DNA of 64,000 bases from an uncultured delta proteobacterium (GCA_963828255.1 CAWHDZ010000011.1:96001-160000), one strand, 5' to 3'; shown: positions 1 through 10,262, counted from the stretch's first letter. Program-made: numbers and translations. The notes: generated from the letters alone by a model not told the origin.

Positions 1-1
1 C

Positions 2-1198
2 CGGGCCAACGTCCTCGCCAAGGGGCGCAGCGGCATCCGCGAGGAGACCCTCGACCTCGTCCTCGCCCTCCTGGAGCGGGACTGCATCCCGGTGGTCCCG
101 GAGCGGGGCTCGGTGGGCGCCTCGGGTGACCTCGCCCCCCTGGCCCACCTGGCGCTCGTCGTCATCGGCGAGGGGGAGGCCTGGGTGGGGGGCCACCGCC
201 TGCCCGGGCGCGAGGCGCTCGCCCGGGTCGGGCTGCGCCCGGTGGTGCTGCAGGCCAAGGAGGGGCTCGCCCTCGTGAACGGGACCCAGGCCATGGTTGC
301 GGTGGGATCGCTCGCCCAGACCCGCGCCGACCGGCTCGCCGCGATGGCCGACGTGGCCGGCTCGATGACGCTCGAGGGGCTGCTCGGTTCCCACCGCCCG
401 TTCCTGGCCTCGATCCAGGAGGCCCGCGGCCAGCACGGCCAGGCGGCTGCCGCCGCCCACCTCCGGGAGCTTCTCGCCGACTCCCCCCTGAACGCCTCGC
501 ACCAGGGGCCCGACTGCCACCGGGTCCAGGATCCCTACTCGCTCCGGTGCATGCCCCAGGTGCACGGGGCGGCCCGCGACGGCCTGGCCTTCTCCCGCGG
601 CGTGCTCGGACGGGAGGCGAACGCGGCGACCGACAACCCGCTGGTCTTCGCCGAGGTGGGGGACATCGTCTCGGGGGGCAACTTCCACGGGCAGCCGGTG
701 TCGCTGGCGCTCGACGTGATGGCCATCGCCGCCTCCCACCTGGCCACCATCTCGGAGCGGCGGGTGGAACAGCTGGTGAATCCCATGCTCTCCGGGCTCC
801 CGCCCTTCCTGGCCCGCAACCCCGGGCTCGACTCCGGGTACATGATCGCCCAGGTGACCAGCGCCGCGCTGGTCTCGGAGAACAAGGTGCTGGCCCACCC
901 GGCCAGCGTGGACTCCATCCCCTCGTCGGCAGGGCGGGAGGACCACGTCTCCATGGGCATGACCGCAGCGCTCAAGGCCCGCTCGGTGGTGGAGAACGTC
1001 CGCACCTGCCTGGCCGTCGAGATGCTGGTGGCCGCCCAGGCCCTGGACCTGCGCCGTCCGCTGCGCCCCGCGGCGCGCGTGGCCGAGGCCCACCGGCGCA
1101 TCCGCGAGGCGGTCCCCCACCTCGACGAGGACCGCGAACTGCACCGGGACATCACGGCCGTGTGCCGCCTCGTGGACGAGGGCGGCCTCGACCTGTAG
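2..1198 (+). CDS. hutH: Histidine ammonia-lyase, 5'-truncated by window edge
   Basis: Frame open from base 2 ([13 protein letters not shown]); MIO-forming GASGD motif, [31 protein letters not shown]. Confidence 0.96.
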   Translation, partial: RANVLAKGRSGIREETLDLVLALLERDCIPVVPERGSVGASGDLAPLAHLALVVIGEGEAWVGGHRLPGREALARVGLRPVVLQAKEGLALVNGTQAMVAVGSLAQTRADRLAAMADVAGSMTLEGLLGSHRPFLASIQEARGQHGQAAAAAHLRELLADSPLNASHQGPDCHRVQDPYSLRCMPQVHGAARDGLAFSRGVLGREANAATDNPLVFAEVGDIVSGGNFHGQPVSLALDVMAIAASHLATISERRVEQLVNPMLSGLPPFLARNPGLDSGYMIAQVTSAALVSENKVLAHPASVDSIPSSAGREDHVSMGMTAALKARSVVENVRTCLAVEMLVAAQALDLRRPLRPAARVAEAHRRIREAVPHLDEDRELHRDITAVCRLVDEGGLDL

Positions 1199-2590
1199 CT
1201 ACCCCACCGCGGGCGGGTTCAGGCAGAGCGCCTCGTTCAGGGCCGCCACCGCCCGCTTGTAGTCCTCGCGGCCGATGACGAACTGGATGCTGGTCTGGCG
1301 CAGCGACTGGGACACCGCGTTCACGTTGATGCGCTGCGCGGCCAGCGCCTGGGTGGCGCGGGCCAGGACGCCCGGGAAGGCGATGTTGGTGCCGATGGCG
1401 CAGACCATGGCCGAGGGGACCACCGTCACCACCTCGTAGGCGTTCTCGAGCTCCTCGATGAAGGCCGGCGTGACCGACTTGTCCCAGACCACCTGGGTGA
1501 TCGAGTTCGCGTTGGTGGCCTTGAGGATGTAGGAGACGCCGTGGCGGGCGAAGACCTCCATCACCCGCGCGTCGAAGCCGACGGCGCCCACCATCGACGG
1601 GTCGTGGATCTCGATGGCCGTGACCCTGGGCGAGCCGGCGATGACCTCGATGCGGGCCTTCGTGCCCACGTACTCCTTGGTGATGAGCGTGCCGGGGTGG
1701 TCGGGCTCGAAGGTGTTCTTGAGGCGCAGCGGGATCGCCGCCAGCTCCATGGGCTTGGCGGCCTTGGGGTGGATGGCCTCCATCCCCACGTCGGCCAGCT
1801 GATCGGCCACGTCGTAGTTGGTCATCCCGACCAGCACGGTGTTCTTCGCACCCACGATCTCCGGGTCGGCCGAGGAGAGGTGGAACTCCTTGTGGATGAT
1901 GGCCTCGGCGGGCATGAGCTCGACCGCCACCTTGCTGAAGGTCACCTCGGAGTACCCGCGGTCGAACTCCCGCATGATGCCCTCGATGCCCTTGGTGTAG
2001 CCGGTGACCACCACGACCTGCCCGGCCACGTCCACGCCCTGGAAGGACTTGTGGATGCGCTGGTCGATGGTGAGGGCCTCGTCGTCGTCGAAGCCGGAGA
2101 GGTCGAGGAGCTCCGCCTTCACGCCCCTGGCCTTCAGGATGGCCACGCTGTTGAACGCGCTGTGCGCCTCGCCGATGGCGGCCAGCATCTCCCGGGCGGC
2201 GAGGAGGACGTTGTCGCGACGCAGGTAGCCGCTCGCCAGCACGTGGCGCATCGAGTCCAGGTAGGCGCGCAGTTCCTTCATCCGCCTGTCGAGGAAGCCG
2301 TCGGCGGTCGCCACGTCGAGGCCGATGGCGGCAAAGCCGGCGTTGGTGGCCTTGAGCTTGCCGAGCAGGGCCTCGAGGGCGCCGTGGTAGTCGTCGCCCG
2401 AGGCGAACTTGGCGTAGATGCCCGGAGCGCCGTTCTTCTTGTTCTCGAGCAGCTCGTTGGTCACGCCGGCGTAGGCGGAGACGATGTAGACCCGGCCGTA
2501 CACCTGCCTGGGGTCGCGCAGCATGATGTTCGCGAGGACGTCGTCGAACTTCGACATCGACGTCCCGCCGATCTTCTCTACCGTGATCAT
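1199..2590 (-). CDS. ask: Aspartate kinase, ectoine-cluster (Ask_Ect)-like subtype, with C-terminal ACT domains
   Basis: VEKIGGTSMS start, VSAYAGVTNELLE, FDRGYSEVTFS, IIHKEFHLSSADP, GMEAIHPKAA. Confidence 0.9.
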   Translation of the reverse strand: MITVEKIGGTSMSKFDDVLANIMLRDPRQVYGRVYIVSAYAGVTNELLENKKNGAPGIYAKFASGDDYHGALEALLGKLKATNAGFAAIGLDVATADGFLDRRMKELRAYLDSMRHVLASGYLRRDNVLLAAREMLAAIGEAHSAFNSVAILKARGVKAELLDLSGFDDDEALTIDQRIHKSFQGVDVAGQVVVVTGYTKGIEGIMREFDRGYSEVTFSKVAVELMPAEAIIHKEFHLSSADPEIVGAKNTVLVGMTNYDVADQLADVGMEAIHPKAAKPMELAAIPLRLKNTFEPDHPGTLITKEYVGTKARIEVIAGSPRVTAIEIHDPSMVGAVGFDARVMEVFARHGVSYILKATNANSITQVVWDKSVTPAFIEELENAYEVVTVVPSAMVCAIGTNIAFPGVLARATQALAAQRINVNAVSQSLRQTSIQFVIGREDYKRAVAALNEALCLNPPAVG

Positions 2591-2629
2591 CTTCGGTCTT
2601 CCCGGTCGCTGGAGGAGCCGGAAAAGGAA

Positions 2630-3748
2630 TCACGAAGCGAGGTCGGGGGCAAGCACGACGCGGGGGTCGGCCCCGGCGAGCCGCACCGCCCTCTTCAATC
2701 CGGCCCAGGGAACCCGCGCGACCGCCTCGTCGGGCGTGAAGAAGCCCCACTCGCGGTGCTCGCCGGAGAGGCACGGCGCGAAGCCGTCGGGGAGGATCGC
2801 CGCGAAGGCGGTCTCCCGCCCGGTGCGCATCCCCCCTCCGGCCCGGGCGGACTGGGAGGGGCCGAGGGCGAAGCCGTGCACGTAGCCGAGGGGGCGGACC
2901 GGCAGGTCGGCCCCGGTCTCCTCCCGCAGCTCGCGGCGCGCCGCCGCGGCCGGGTCCTCCCCGGGCTCGATGCAGCCGGTGACCTGCTGCCAGAAGCCTC
3001 CCCGCTCCTCCGACCGGCGCAGGAGCAGGACCTTCCCGTCGGCGCGGGTCGCCGTCACCGAGATGGTGCGCAGGTCGAAGTCGCCGTCCCGCCGATCCCG
3101 CTCCAGCACCGCGCAGAGGTGGACGGCCAGCCTCTCCTCGACCTCGGCGAGGGTGGGCGCGGCCCGGCCGGCCCGCGCCAGCTCGGCCGCCAGGGTAGTC
3201 ACTCCCAGTGACGGATCCCCGATGCCGCACGGGACGATGGCCCCGAAGTGGCTGAGGTCGGCCTGGGCGTTGAAGGCCAGTCCGTGCGTGGAGATCCAGC
3301 GGGAGAGGTGCACCCCGACGGCCCCCACCTTGCGGGGGCCGATCCAGGCCCCGCGGTGCTCCGGGTGGCGTCCGGCCTCCACGCCCCAGTCGGCGCAGGC
3401 CCGGATCATGGCCTCCTCCAGCGCACCCACGAACTTCCGGACGTCCGGCCTTCCCGACAGGTCCACCACCGGGTAGGCCACCACCTGGCCGGGCCCGTGG
3501 TAGGTCACGTCCCCTCCCCGGTCGGTCTGGTGGATCTCGAAGCCCCGCGCGGCGAGCCAGTCCGGCGAGGCGACGACGTTTCCGGCGCCCGCGCCCCGAC
3601 CCAGGGTGAGGACGGGCGGGTGCTCGAGCAGGAAGAGCCAGTCGGCGTCGGGGTCGCGAGCGCGCACCCGCTCCGCCGCGAGCCGCATGAGCTCCAGGCC
3701 GTCGGCGTACTCGACCCTTCCGAGCCTGTGAACCCGGAGCGTCCGCAC
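2630..3748 (-). CDS. lipB: Lipoyl(octanoyl) transferase LipB fused to a C-terminal Nudix hydrolase
   Basis: LEHPPVLTLGR, DRGGDVTYHGPGQ, HGLAFN, IVPCGI; then Nudix box GCIEPGEDPAAAARRELREETG; GTG start at 3748 just after the lpdA stop. Confidence 0.92.
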   Translation of the reverse strand: MRTLRVHRLGRVEYADGLELMRLAAERVRARDPDADWLFLLEHPPVLTLGRGAGAGNVVASPDWLAARGFEIHQTDRGGDVTYHGPGQVVAYPVVDLSGRPDVRKFVGALEEAMIRACADWGVEAGRHPEHRGAWIGPRKVGAVGVHLSRWISTHGLAFNAQADLSHFGAIVPCGIGDPSLGVTTLAAELARAGRAAPTLAEVEERLAVHLCAVLERDRRDGDFDLRTISVTATRADGKVLLLRRSEERGGFWQQVTGCIEPGEDPAAAARRELREETGADLPVRPLGYVHGFALGPSQSARAGGGMRTGRETAFAAILPDGFAPCLSGEHREWGFFTPDEAVARVPWAGLKRAVRLAGADPRVVLAPDLAS

Positions 3749-3758
3749 GCGCGCCCCT

Positions 3759-5204
3759 CTATGCCTTCGCGGCCGGCTCCGCCTTCTCCCGGCGGGGGCG
3801 CTCCGGCCGGTTGATGGCGTGGATGGCCTCCCCGAGCGCCGCCTTCGACGCCTCCATGAAGGCCTCGGCCAGCGTCGGGTGGGCGTGGACGGTGAGCGCG
3901 ACATCCTCGACGTAGGCCCCCATCTCGAGCGCCAGCGTGGCCTCGGCGATGAGGTCGGAGGCCTCCGGACCGACCATGGTCACCCCGAGCAGGAGCTTCG
4001 AGTCGCGGTCGCCGATCACCTTCACGAATCCCTCGGTGTGATCGATGGCGATCGCGCGCCCGAGCGCCGCGAAGGCGAACTTGCCGACGATGGGGTCGAG
4101 CCCCTTGGCCCGGGCCTGCTCCTCGGAGAGGCCGGTGGTGGCCACCTCCGGGTCGGTGAAGATGGCGCCGGGCATGGCCACCCAGTCGCGCGCCGACTTG
4201 TGGCCGGCGACCACCTCGGCGGCGATCTCCCCCTCCTTCGAGGCCTTGTGGGCCAGGAACGGGGGGCCGACCACGTCGCCGACGGCGAAGACCGCGGGAT
4301 TGGAGCTGCGGAGCTGCTCGTCCACCTGCACGTAGCCCCTGGCGTCGAGCTTCACGCCCGCCGTCTCGAGCCCCAGCCCTTCGGTGTTGGGACGGAAGCC
4401 CACCGCCACGAGCACCTTGTCGGCCGGGATCGCCTGCTCCTTCCCCTCCACCTCGATGCGCACCGACAGCGCGCCCCCGGCGGCGTCCAGCCCCTTCGCC
4501 TTGGCGTTCAGGTGGACGTCCACGCCCCGCTGCCGCAGCCCCTTCTGGACGATGCGCACCGCATCCGGGTCCACCCCGGTGAGGAGCGCGGGCAGCGCCT
4601 CCACCACGGTGACCTTCGAGCCCAGCTTTGCGTAGACCGTGCCGAGCTCGAGCCCGATCACCCCGCCTCCGATGACGACGAGCCGGGCAGGGACCTCGGG
4701 CAGGTCGAGCGCCTCGCGGGCCGTCCAGACGTCCTTGCCGTAGGCGAAGCCGGGGATGGCGATGGGGCGCGCGCCGGTCGCCAGGATGAAGGCCGCGGCC
4801 TCGACGCGGGTCTTCTCGCCGCCGGCCTCGACCTCCACGGCGTTCGGCCCGACGAAGGTGGCGGTGCCCTTCAGCACCTCCACGCCGTTGCCCTTCTCGA
4901 GCGCGCCGACCCCGCCGACGAGCTTCTTCACCACGCCCTCCTTGAAGGCGCGGAGCCTCGCGATGTCCACCTTGGGCTCGGAGACCAGGATCCCGCGCTC
5001 GGCCGCGCCGCGGATCTCGTCCACCAGGTTGCCCACCGCGATGAGCGCCTTGGAGGGGATGCACCCCCAGTTCAGGCAGACGCCGCCCAGCGACTCCTTC
5101 TCCACGAGCGCAGTCTTCTTGCCCAGCTGGGCGAGCCGGATGGCCGCCACGTATCCGCCGGGTCCGGCGCCGATCACCACCGCGTCGAAGGTCTTGGTCG
5201 TCAT
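3759..5204 (-). CDS. lpdA: Dihydrolipoyl dehydrogenase (E3)
   Basis: GAGPGGY FAD motif, redox CLNWGC, GGGVIG, HAHPTLAE; ATG at 5204. Confidence 0.96.
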   Translation of the reverse strand: MTTKTFDAVVIGAGPGGYVAAIRLAQLGKKTALVEKESLGGVCLNWGCIPSKALIAVGNLVDEIRGAAERGILVSEPKVDIARLRAFKEGVVKKLVGGVGALEKGNGVEVLKGTATFVGPNAVEVEAGGEKTRVEAAAFILATGARPIAIPGFAYGKDVWTAREALDLPEVPARLVVIGGGVIGLELGTVYAKLGSKVTVVEALPALLTGVDPDAVRIVQKGLRQRGVDVHLNAKAKGLDAAGGALSVRIEVEGKEQAIPADKVLVAVGFRPNTEGLGLETAGVKLDARGYVQVDEQLRSSNPAVFAVGDVVGPPFLAHKASKEGEIAAEVVAGHKSARDWVAMPGAIFTDPEVATTGLSEEQARAKGLDPIVGKFAFAALGRAIAIDHTEGFVKVIGDRDSKLLLGVTMVGPEASDLIAEATLALEMGAYVEDVALTVHAHPTLAEAFMEASKAALGEAIHAINRPERPRREKAEPAAKA

Positions 5205-6076
5205 CCGTCTCTCCTGGTTCCCCTGGATATACCGCGCTTTTGCCGCCTCGCCCGCTCCGCGTCGGCCAGGACCCGAGGGGTCCGCGGGGCCACCCCACCC
5301 AGGTCCTGGACGACCACCGCGGCCGCGACCAGCCCGAAGACCCCGGTCACGAAGGCCACGCTCCCTTGGCACTTTTGATCCCGCCGCCGCTGCCCGTCCG
5401 GGCGGGGGCGGGTCCCGGGGATGCCCTCCTCGTCCCCCGGGAGGGACAGGCTCTCCCGCGGCTCCTCGACCGACCAGACCGCCTTCACCCCGAGGGGGGC
5501 GGTGGCCGAGATGTCGTGACGCCTGCGCAGGTACTTGCGGACGTCCTTGGCGAGCTGATCGGTGTGGGTCTCGGAGAGGTCGGTGACCTGGACCGCGGTG
5601 GGGTCGATCCTCCGCGCCGCCCCGAGGCACGTGACGACCGGGATGCCCAGGTCGAGACAGCGGGCGATGACGTGCAGCTTCGCGACCACCGTGTCCATCG
5701 CATCCACGACGAAGGACGTCCCGGCCGGCACGAGCCGCTCGGCCGTCTCCGATCCGTAGGGCACGCACTCCGGGTCGAACCGGGCCGTGGGGGCGATCCG
5801 GGAGAGCCGCTCGGCGAGCACCTCGGCCTTGAACCGGCCGAACTCCCCGTCGAGGGCGTGCAGCTGGCGGTTGGCGTTGGTCTCGTCCACCCGCTCCCCG
5901 TCCACCAGGGTGAGCCATCCCACCCCGGCGCGGGCCAGCGCCTCGGCGCTGAAGGAGCCCACCCCGCCGAGCCCCAGGACGACCACGTGGGCCTCCCCGA
6001 GCCGGGCCACCGCCTCGAGCCCGAGGAGGCGCGCGTTCCGGTCGGAGCGGGGGGAAGTCTTGCGGTTCCCGGTCAC
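5201..6076 (-). CDS. tcdA: tRNA threonylcarbamoyladenosine dehydratase (ThiF/TcdA family)
   Basis: GLGGVGSFSAEALAR, TNANRQLHA, VVDAMD, VWSVE, GSVAFVTGVFG. Confidence 0.85.
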   Translation of the reverse strand: MTGNRKTSPRSDRNARLLGLEAVARLGEAHVVVLGLGGVGSFSAEALARAGVGWLTLVDGERVDETNANRQLHALDGEFGRFKAEVLAERLSRIAPTARFDPECVPYGSETAERLVPAGTSFVVDAMDTVVAKLHVIARCLDLGIPVVTCLGAARRIDPTAVQVTDLSETHTDQLAKDVRKYLRRRHDISATAPLGVKAVWSVEEPRESLSLPGDEEGIPGTRPRPDGQRRRDQKCQGSVAFVTGVFGLVAAAVVVQDLGGVAPRTPRVLADAERARRQKRGISRGTRRDG

Positions 6077-6079
6077 GTG

Positions 6080-6865
6080 TCAGGCCGGGGTGAGGCGCAG
6101 GAGGCGCCGCGCGTTCTCGGTGGTGAGCCGGTCGAGCTCGCCGGGGGTGACGCCCCGGGCGAGGGCCAGGGCGCCGAGCACGAGCGGAAGGTGGGCCGGC
6201 TCGTTCCTCGTCCCGCGGTGCGGGTGGGGGCTCTGGTCGGGGGCGTCGGTCTCCACGAGCAGCCGGTCCGGAGCGATGGCCCGGGCGGCCGCGAGCGGCT
6301 TGCGCACCCCCTCGTACGTGACCGGCCCGGCGAAGGAGAAGTGGAGCCCCAGCGCCGCGAAGGGGGGCACCTGCTCGGCGCTCCCGGAGAAGCTGTGCAG
6401 GACCCCTCCGGAAGGGAGGCCGTCCCTCGCCAGCTCCTCGAGCATGGCGTCGTGGGCCCGGAGCGAGTGGAGCAGGACCGGGAGCCCCAGCCTGCGGGCG
6501 ATGGCGAGGTGCCCGCGGAGCACCGCCCGCTGCCGTTCGAGCGGGGCGCCGGCCTCGACGCTCGGGCCGTCGAGTCCGCACTCACCGACCGCCACGGCCC
6601 CTCCGCGGGCCAGGAGCGATTCCAGGTCGGCCAGGTGGCGATCGTCGCCGGACGGGGCCATCCCGGGCAACGCCTGCGGGTGGATGCCCAGGGCCACGTG
6701 GACGCCGGGGTGGCTCGAACCGAGGGTGACGAGCCCCGGCCAGCCGGAGGGCTCCACGGCCGGGACCACCACGTCGGTGACCCCCACGGCGCGGGCACGG
6801 GCCAGGGCCTGCTCACGGTCCCCGTCGAAGGCGGGGGAGTCGAGGTGGCAGTGGGTGTCGATCAC
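6080..6865 (-). CDS. tatD: TatD family metal-dependent nuclease
   Basis: IDTHCH, GIHP, VGECGLD, LHSFSG, LVETDAP, RNEPA. Confidence 0.92.
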   Translation of the reverse strand: MIDTHCHLDSPAFDGDREQALARARAVGVTDVVVPAVEPSGWPGLVTLGSSHPGVHVALGIHPQALPGMAPSGDDRHLADLESLLARGGAVAVGECGLDGPSVEAGAPLERQRAVLRGHLAIARRLGLPVLLHSLRAHDAMLEELARDGLPSGGVLHSFSGSAEQVPPFAALGLHFSFAGPVTYEGVRKPLAAARAIAPDRLLVETDAPDQSPHPHRGTRNEPAHLPLVLGALALARGVTPGELDRLTTENARRLLRLTPA

Positions 6866-6868
6866 CCG

Positions 6869-8074
6869 CTACACCGTGTGCAGGAAGAGCAGGGCCGGGT
6901 TCTCGAGGTGACGGATCACCTCGTAGGTGAAGGCGGCCGCCTCGGTTCCGTCCACCACGCGGTGGTCGCTGGTGAGCGACACGTACATCACGTCCCGGAT
7001 GACCACCTGCCCGTCACGCGCCACCGGCGTGGGGCGGATGCGGTGCACCCCCAGGATGGCCACCTCGGGGAAGTTGATCACCGGGGTCGCGAACATGCCT
7101 CCCAGCGCACCCAGGCTCGTCACCGTGAACGTGGAGTTGCCCACGTCCTGCGGGTGCAGCTTGCCGGCCCGGCTGTCGGCGCCCAGGCGGGCGATCTCCC
7201 GGGCCAGGTCCAGGACGGAGCGCTGATCGGCCCGCCGGACCACCGGCACGGTGAGCCCCTGGTCGGTGGCCGCCGCGATTCCCAGGTCGTACCAGTGCTT
7301 GCGGTGGATCTCCCCGCGTGCCTCGTCGAAGGAGGCGTTGAGCTGCGGGAACTTGCGGAGCGCGGCCACGGCCGCCTTGAGCACGAAGGGGAGGAAGGTG
7401 ATCTTCACGCCCTCTGCCTCCGCGCCCTTCCCCATCCGCTCCTTCAGCGCCACGAGATCGGTGGCGTCCACCTGCTCGACGAAGGTGAAGTGGGCGGCGG
7501 TGCGCTTCGACTGCGCCATCTTCTCGGCGATGCGGCGGCGCAGGCCGCGTACGGGAACGACCTCGACCGTGCCCGCCAGGGCAGCCGGACCTGCGGCGAG
7601 CGCGGCGGACCCGTTCGCAGCCGCACTTCCCCGCACGTCCTCCTTGGTGACCCGGCCCGACGGGCCGGTGGGGGTGACCCCCTGGATGTCCACACCGAGC
7701 GCGCGGGCGAGCGCACGGACGGCCGGCGCGGCCAGCGCCCTCCCCGTCGCCCCCGTGGCCGGGCGGACCTCCACGGCGGGCGGGACGGTCGCCTCCGGCG
7801 CCGCCGCCACGGCGGCCGGGGCCTGCACGGCGCCCCCCTCGAGCTCCAGCTCGACGAGGGCATGGTGGACCCTGGCCACCTCCCCTTCCTTCCAGTGAAG
7901 GCGGGTCACCCGGCCGCGCTTGGGCGACGGGATGGTCACGGTGGCCTTGTCGGTCATCACCTCGGCGAGCGGCTGGTCCTCCACCACGGAGTCGCCGGGC
8001 TTCACGAACCACTTCAGGATCTCGGCCTCGACGACCCCTTCGCCGATGTCGGGCAGCAGGAACTGGTAGGCCAT
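6869..8074 (-). CDS. 2-oxoacid dehydrogenase E2 dihydrolipoamide acyltransferase
   Basis: Single lipoyl domain (TDKAT), E3-binding AAPAVRALA, catalytic DHRVVDG. Confidence 0.93.
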   Translation of the reverse strand: MAYQFLLPDIGEGVVEAEILKWFVKPGDSVVEDQPLAEVMTDKATVTIPSPKRGRVTRLHWKEGEVARVHHALVELELEGGAVQAPAAVAAAPEATVPPAVEVRPATGATGRALAAPAVRALARALGVDIQGVTPTGPSGRVTKEDVRGSAAANGSAALAAGPAALAGTVEVVPVRGLRRRIAEKMAQSKRTAAHFTFVEQVDATDLVALKERMGKGAEAEGVKITFLPFVLKAAVAALRKFPQLNASFDEARGEIHRKHWYDLGIAAATDQGLTVPVVRRADQRSVLDLAREIARLGADSRAGKLHPQDVGNSTFTVTSLGALGGMFATPVINFPEVAILGVHRIRPTPVARDGQVVIRDVMYVSLTSDHRVVDGTEAAAFTYEVIRHLENPALLFLHTV

Positions 8075-8093
8075 GTTTCCTCTTCCGGTGCGG

Positions 8094-9068
8094 CTAGAAC
8101 GCGACGACCTCGCGGATGGCCTTGAGGATGCGCGGCGCGCGAGGAAGGTACTCGCTCTCGAGCGTATAGGGGAACGGCGTGTCGAATCCGGTGACCCGGG
8201 TCACCGGCGCCTCCAGGTGGAGGAAGCAGCGCTCCTGGATGAGCGCGGAGATCTCGGCGCCGAATCCACAGGTCCGGGGCGCCTCGTGGACCACGACCGC
8301 GCGGCCGGTCTTGCGGACCGACGCCTCGATGGCGTCGATGTCGAGGGGCTGGAGCGACCGGAGATCGATGAGCTCGGCGTCGATCCCCAGGGCGGCGCCC
8401 TCCTTCACCGCCTGGTCGGCCTCGTGCCACATGGCGCCCCAGGCGATCACGGTGACCTGCGTGCCCTCCCGGGTGACCCTGGCCTTGCCGATGGGCACCA
8501 CCACCTCGCCCTCCGGAACCTCCCCCTTGGCGGCGCGGTACATCCGCTTGGGCTCGAAGAAGAGCACCGGGTCGGGGTCGCGGATGGCCGCGGTGAGGAG
8601 CCCCTTGGCGTCGTGCGGGTTCGCGGGCACGACCACCTTGAGGCCGGCGGTGTGGATGAAGTGGGCCTCCGGTGACTGGGAGTGATAGTGGCCGCCGCGG
8701 ATCCCGCCCCCGTAGGGGGTGCGGATCACCATGGGGCAGGCGTACTGCCCTCCCGAGCGGTACCGGTACTTGGCCACCTCGCTCAGGATCTGGTCCATGG
8801 CGGGGAAGATGAAGTCGGCGAACTGGATCTCCGGCACGGGCTTCAGCCCGTAGAGCGCCATGCCGAGCGCGGTCCCGATGACGCCGCTCTCGGCCAGCGG
8901 CGTGTCGATGACCCGCTCCTTGCCGAACTCCTCCTGGAGCCCCTGGCTGGCGCGGAACACCCCGCCGAACTTGCCCACGTCCTCCCCCAGCACGACGACG
9001 CTCGCGTCGCGCCGCATCTCGAGCCGGAGGGCGTCGTTCACCGCCTGGATGATGTTCATCGTCGGCAT
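8094..9068 (-). CDS. 2-oxoacid dehydrogenase E1 beta subunit (branched-chain/pyruvate type)
   Basis: GEDVGKFGGVFR, DTPLAE, EIQFADF, GGHYHSQS. Confidence 0.94.
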   Translation of the reverse strand: MPTMNIIQAVNDALRLEMRRDASVVVLGEDVGKFGGVFRASQGLQEEFGKERVIDTPLAESGVIGTALGMALYGLKPVPEIQFADFIFPAMDQILSEVAKYRYRSGGQYACPMVIRTPYGGGIRGGHYHSQSPEAHFIHTAGLKVVVPANPHDAKGLLTAAIRDPDPVLFFEPKRMYRAAKGEVPEGEVVVPIGKARVTREGTQVTVIAWGAMWHEADQAVKEGAALGIDAELIDLRSLQPLDIDAIEASVRKTGRAVVVHEAPRTCGFGAEISALIQERCFLHLEAPVTRVTGFDTPFPYTLESEYLPRAPRILKAIREVVAF

Positions 9069-9077
9069 GTGGCGTGG

Positions 9078-10262
9078 CTACCGGGGGCTCGCGGTGCGGG
9101 GGTCGGCGGCGATGGCGGCGCGCAGCTCCGCGAGCTGCTCCCGCTGCTGCCAGAGCGGCTCGGCGTAGACGCCCTCGAAGAGGGTCTCGACGGGAGGCTT
9201 CGGGTCGAAGGCCTCGGCCTCCTCCACGGCGCGCCGGACCTGATCCTTGGCCTCGGCGCGGAACCTCTCCGTGTCCTTCGCCCCGGCGAGCCCCTTCCAC
9301 CCCAGGTATCGCCCCATCTTGAGAATGGGATCCCGGACCCGCCAGGCATCGACCTCCTCGGCGCTCCGGTAGGCGCGCGGGTCGTCGGAGGTGGAGTGCC
9401 CCTCGATCCGGTAGGTGACGCACTCGAGCAGCGTGGGGCCGAGCCCTGCGGCCCCCCGTTCCCTGGCCCGGAGGGTGGCTGCGTGGACGGCGAGCAGATC
9501 GTTGCCGTCCACCCTCTCGCCGTGGATCCCGTAGGCGACGGCCTTCTGGGCGATGGTCTCGGAGGCGGTCTGCAGCTCGCGCGGGACGCTGATGGCCCAG
9601 CCGTTGTTGCGGCAGGCCATGATCACCGGGATCTTGTGGACGCCGGCGAAGTTGGCGCCGGTGTGGAAGTCGTTGGCGCTGGTGGCCCCCTCGCCGAACC
9701 AGGTGAGCGCCACCATGTCGTCGCCGCGGATGCGGGCGGCCCAGGCGGCGCCGACCGCCTGCGGGACCTGCGTGGCGATGGGGGCGCTGATGGAGACGAA
9801 GCGGCCAGCGGCCCAGGCCTCGTGGCAGGGCATCTGGTGGCCGAGCATCCGGTCCCCGGCGTTGCCGAGGAGGTCGCAGACGAAGGTCGAGAGCGGCATC
9901 CCGCGGTACAGCGCACCGGCGTGCTCCCGGTAGGACGGGAAGAGCCAGTCCTGCTGCCGCATGCCGGCCACCGTGCCGAGGACCGTCGCCTCCTCGCCGA
10001 TGGCGCCGATGTAGAAGGCGATCCGCCCCTGCCGCTGCAGCTGGACCATGCGCTCGTCCACCTCGCGGGAGAGGATCATCCAGCGGTAGAGCCCCACGGC
10101 CTCCTCGTCGGAGAGCGTCACGGCGGCGGGGTCGGCCGAGCCGTCGTCGGCGATCACGGTCCGGAGCGGGAACTCGCGCGCCCAGCGCCCCTCGCCCGCG
10201 CCGGCGGCCGGAAGCCTCCTCCTGCGCATCCGCGCCTCCTCGATGTCGCGCACCCGTCGCAT
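9078..10262 (-). CDS. 2-oxoacid dehydrogenase E1 alpha subunit (probably branched-chain type)
   Basis: LQRQGRIAFY, PSYRE, TPP motif FGEGATS...CRNNGWAIS, YRIEGHSTSDDP. Confidence 0.93.
   Translation of the reverse strand: MRRVRDIEEARMRRRRLPAAGAGEGRWAREFPLRTVIADDGSADPAAVTLSDEEAVGLYRWMILSREVDERMVQLQRQGRIAFYIGAIGEEATVLGTVAGMRQQDWLFPSYREHAGALYRGMPLSTFVCDLLGNAGDRMLGHQMPCHEAWAAGRFVSISAPIATQVPQAVGAAWAARIRGDDMVALTWFGEGATSANDFHTGANFAGVHKIPVIMACRNNGWAISVPRELQTASETIAQKAVAYGIHGERVDGNDLLAVHAATLRARERGAAGLGPTLLECVTYRIEGHSTSDDPRAYRSAEEVDAWRVRDPILKMGRYLGWKGLAGAKDTERFRAEAKDQVRRAVEEAEAFDPKPPVETLFEGVYAEPLWQQREQLAELRAAIAADPRTASPR

Noticed and set aside
5240..8125. 961-aa plus-strand ORF, and many similar long ORFs such as 45344-48346 minus and 20461-22710 plus
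   Set aside because: Antisense or frame-shadow ORFs of clear genes, expected at this GC content; no family motifs
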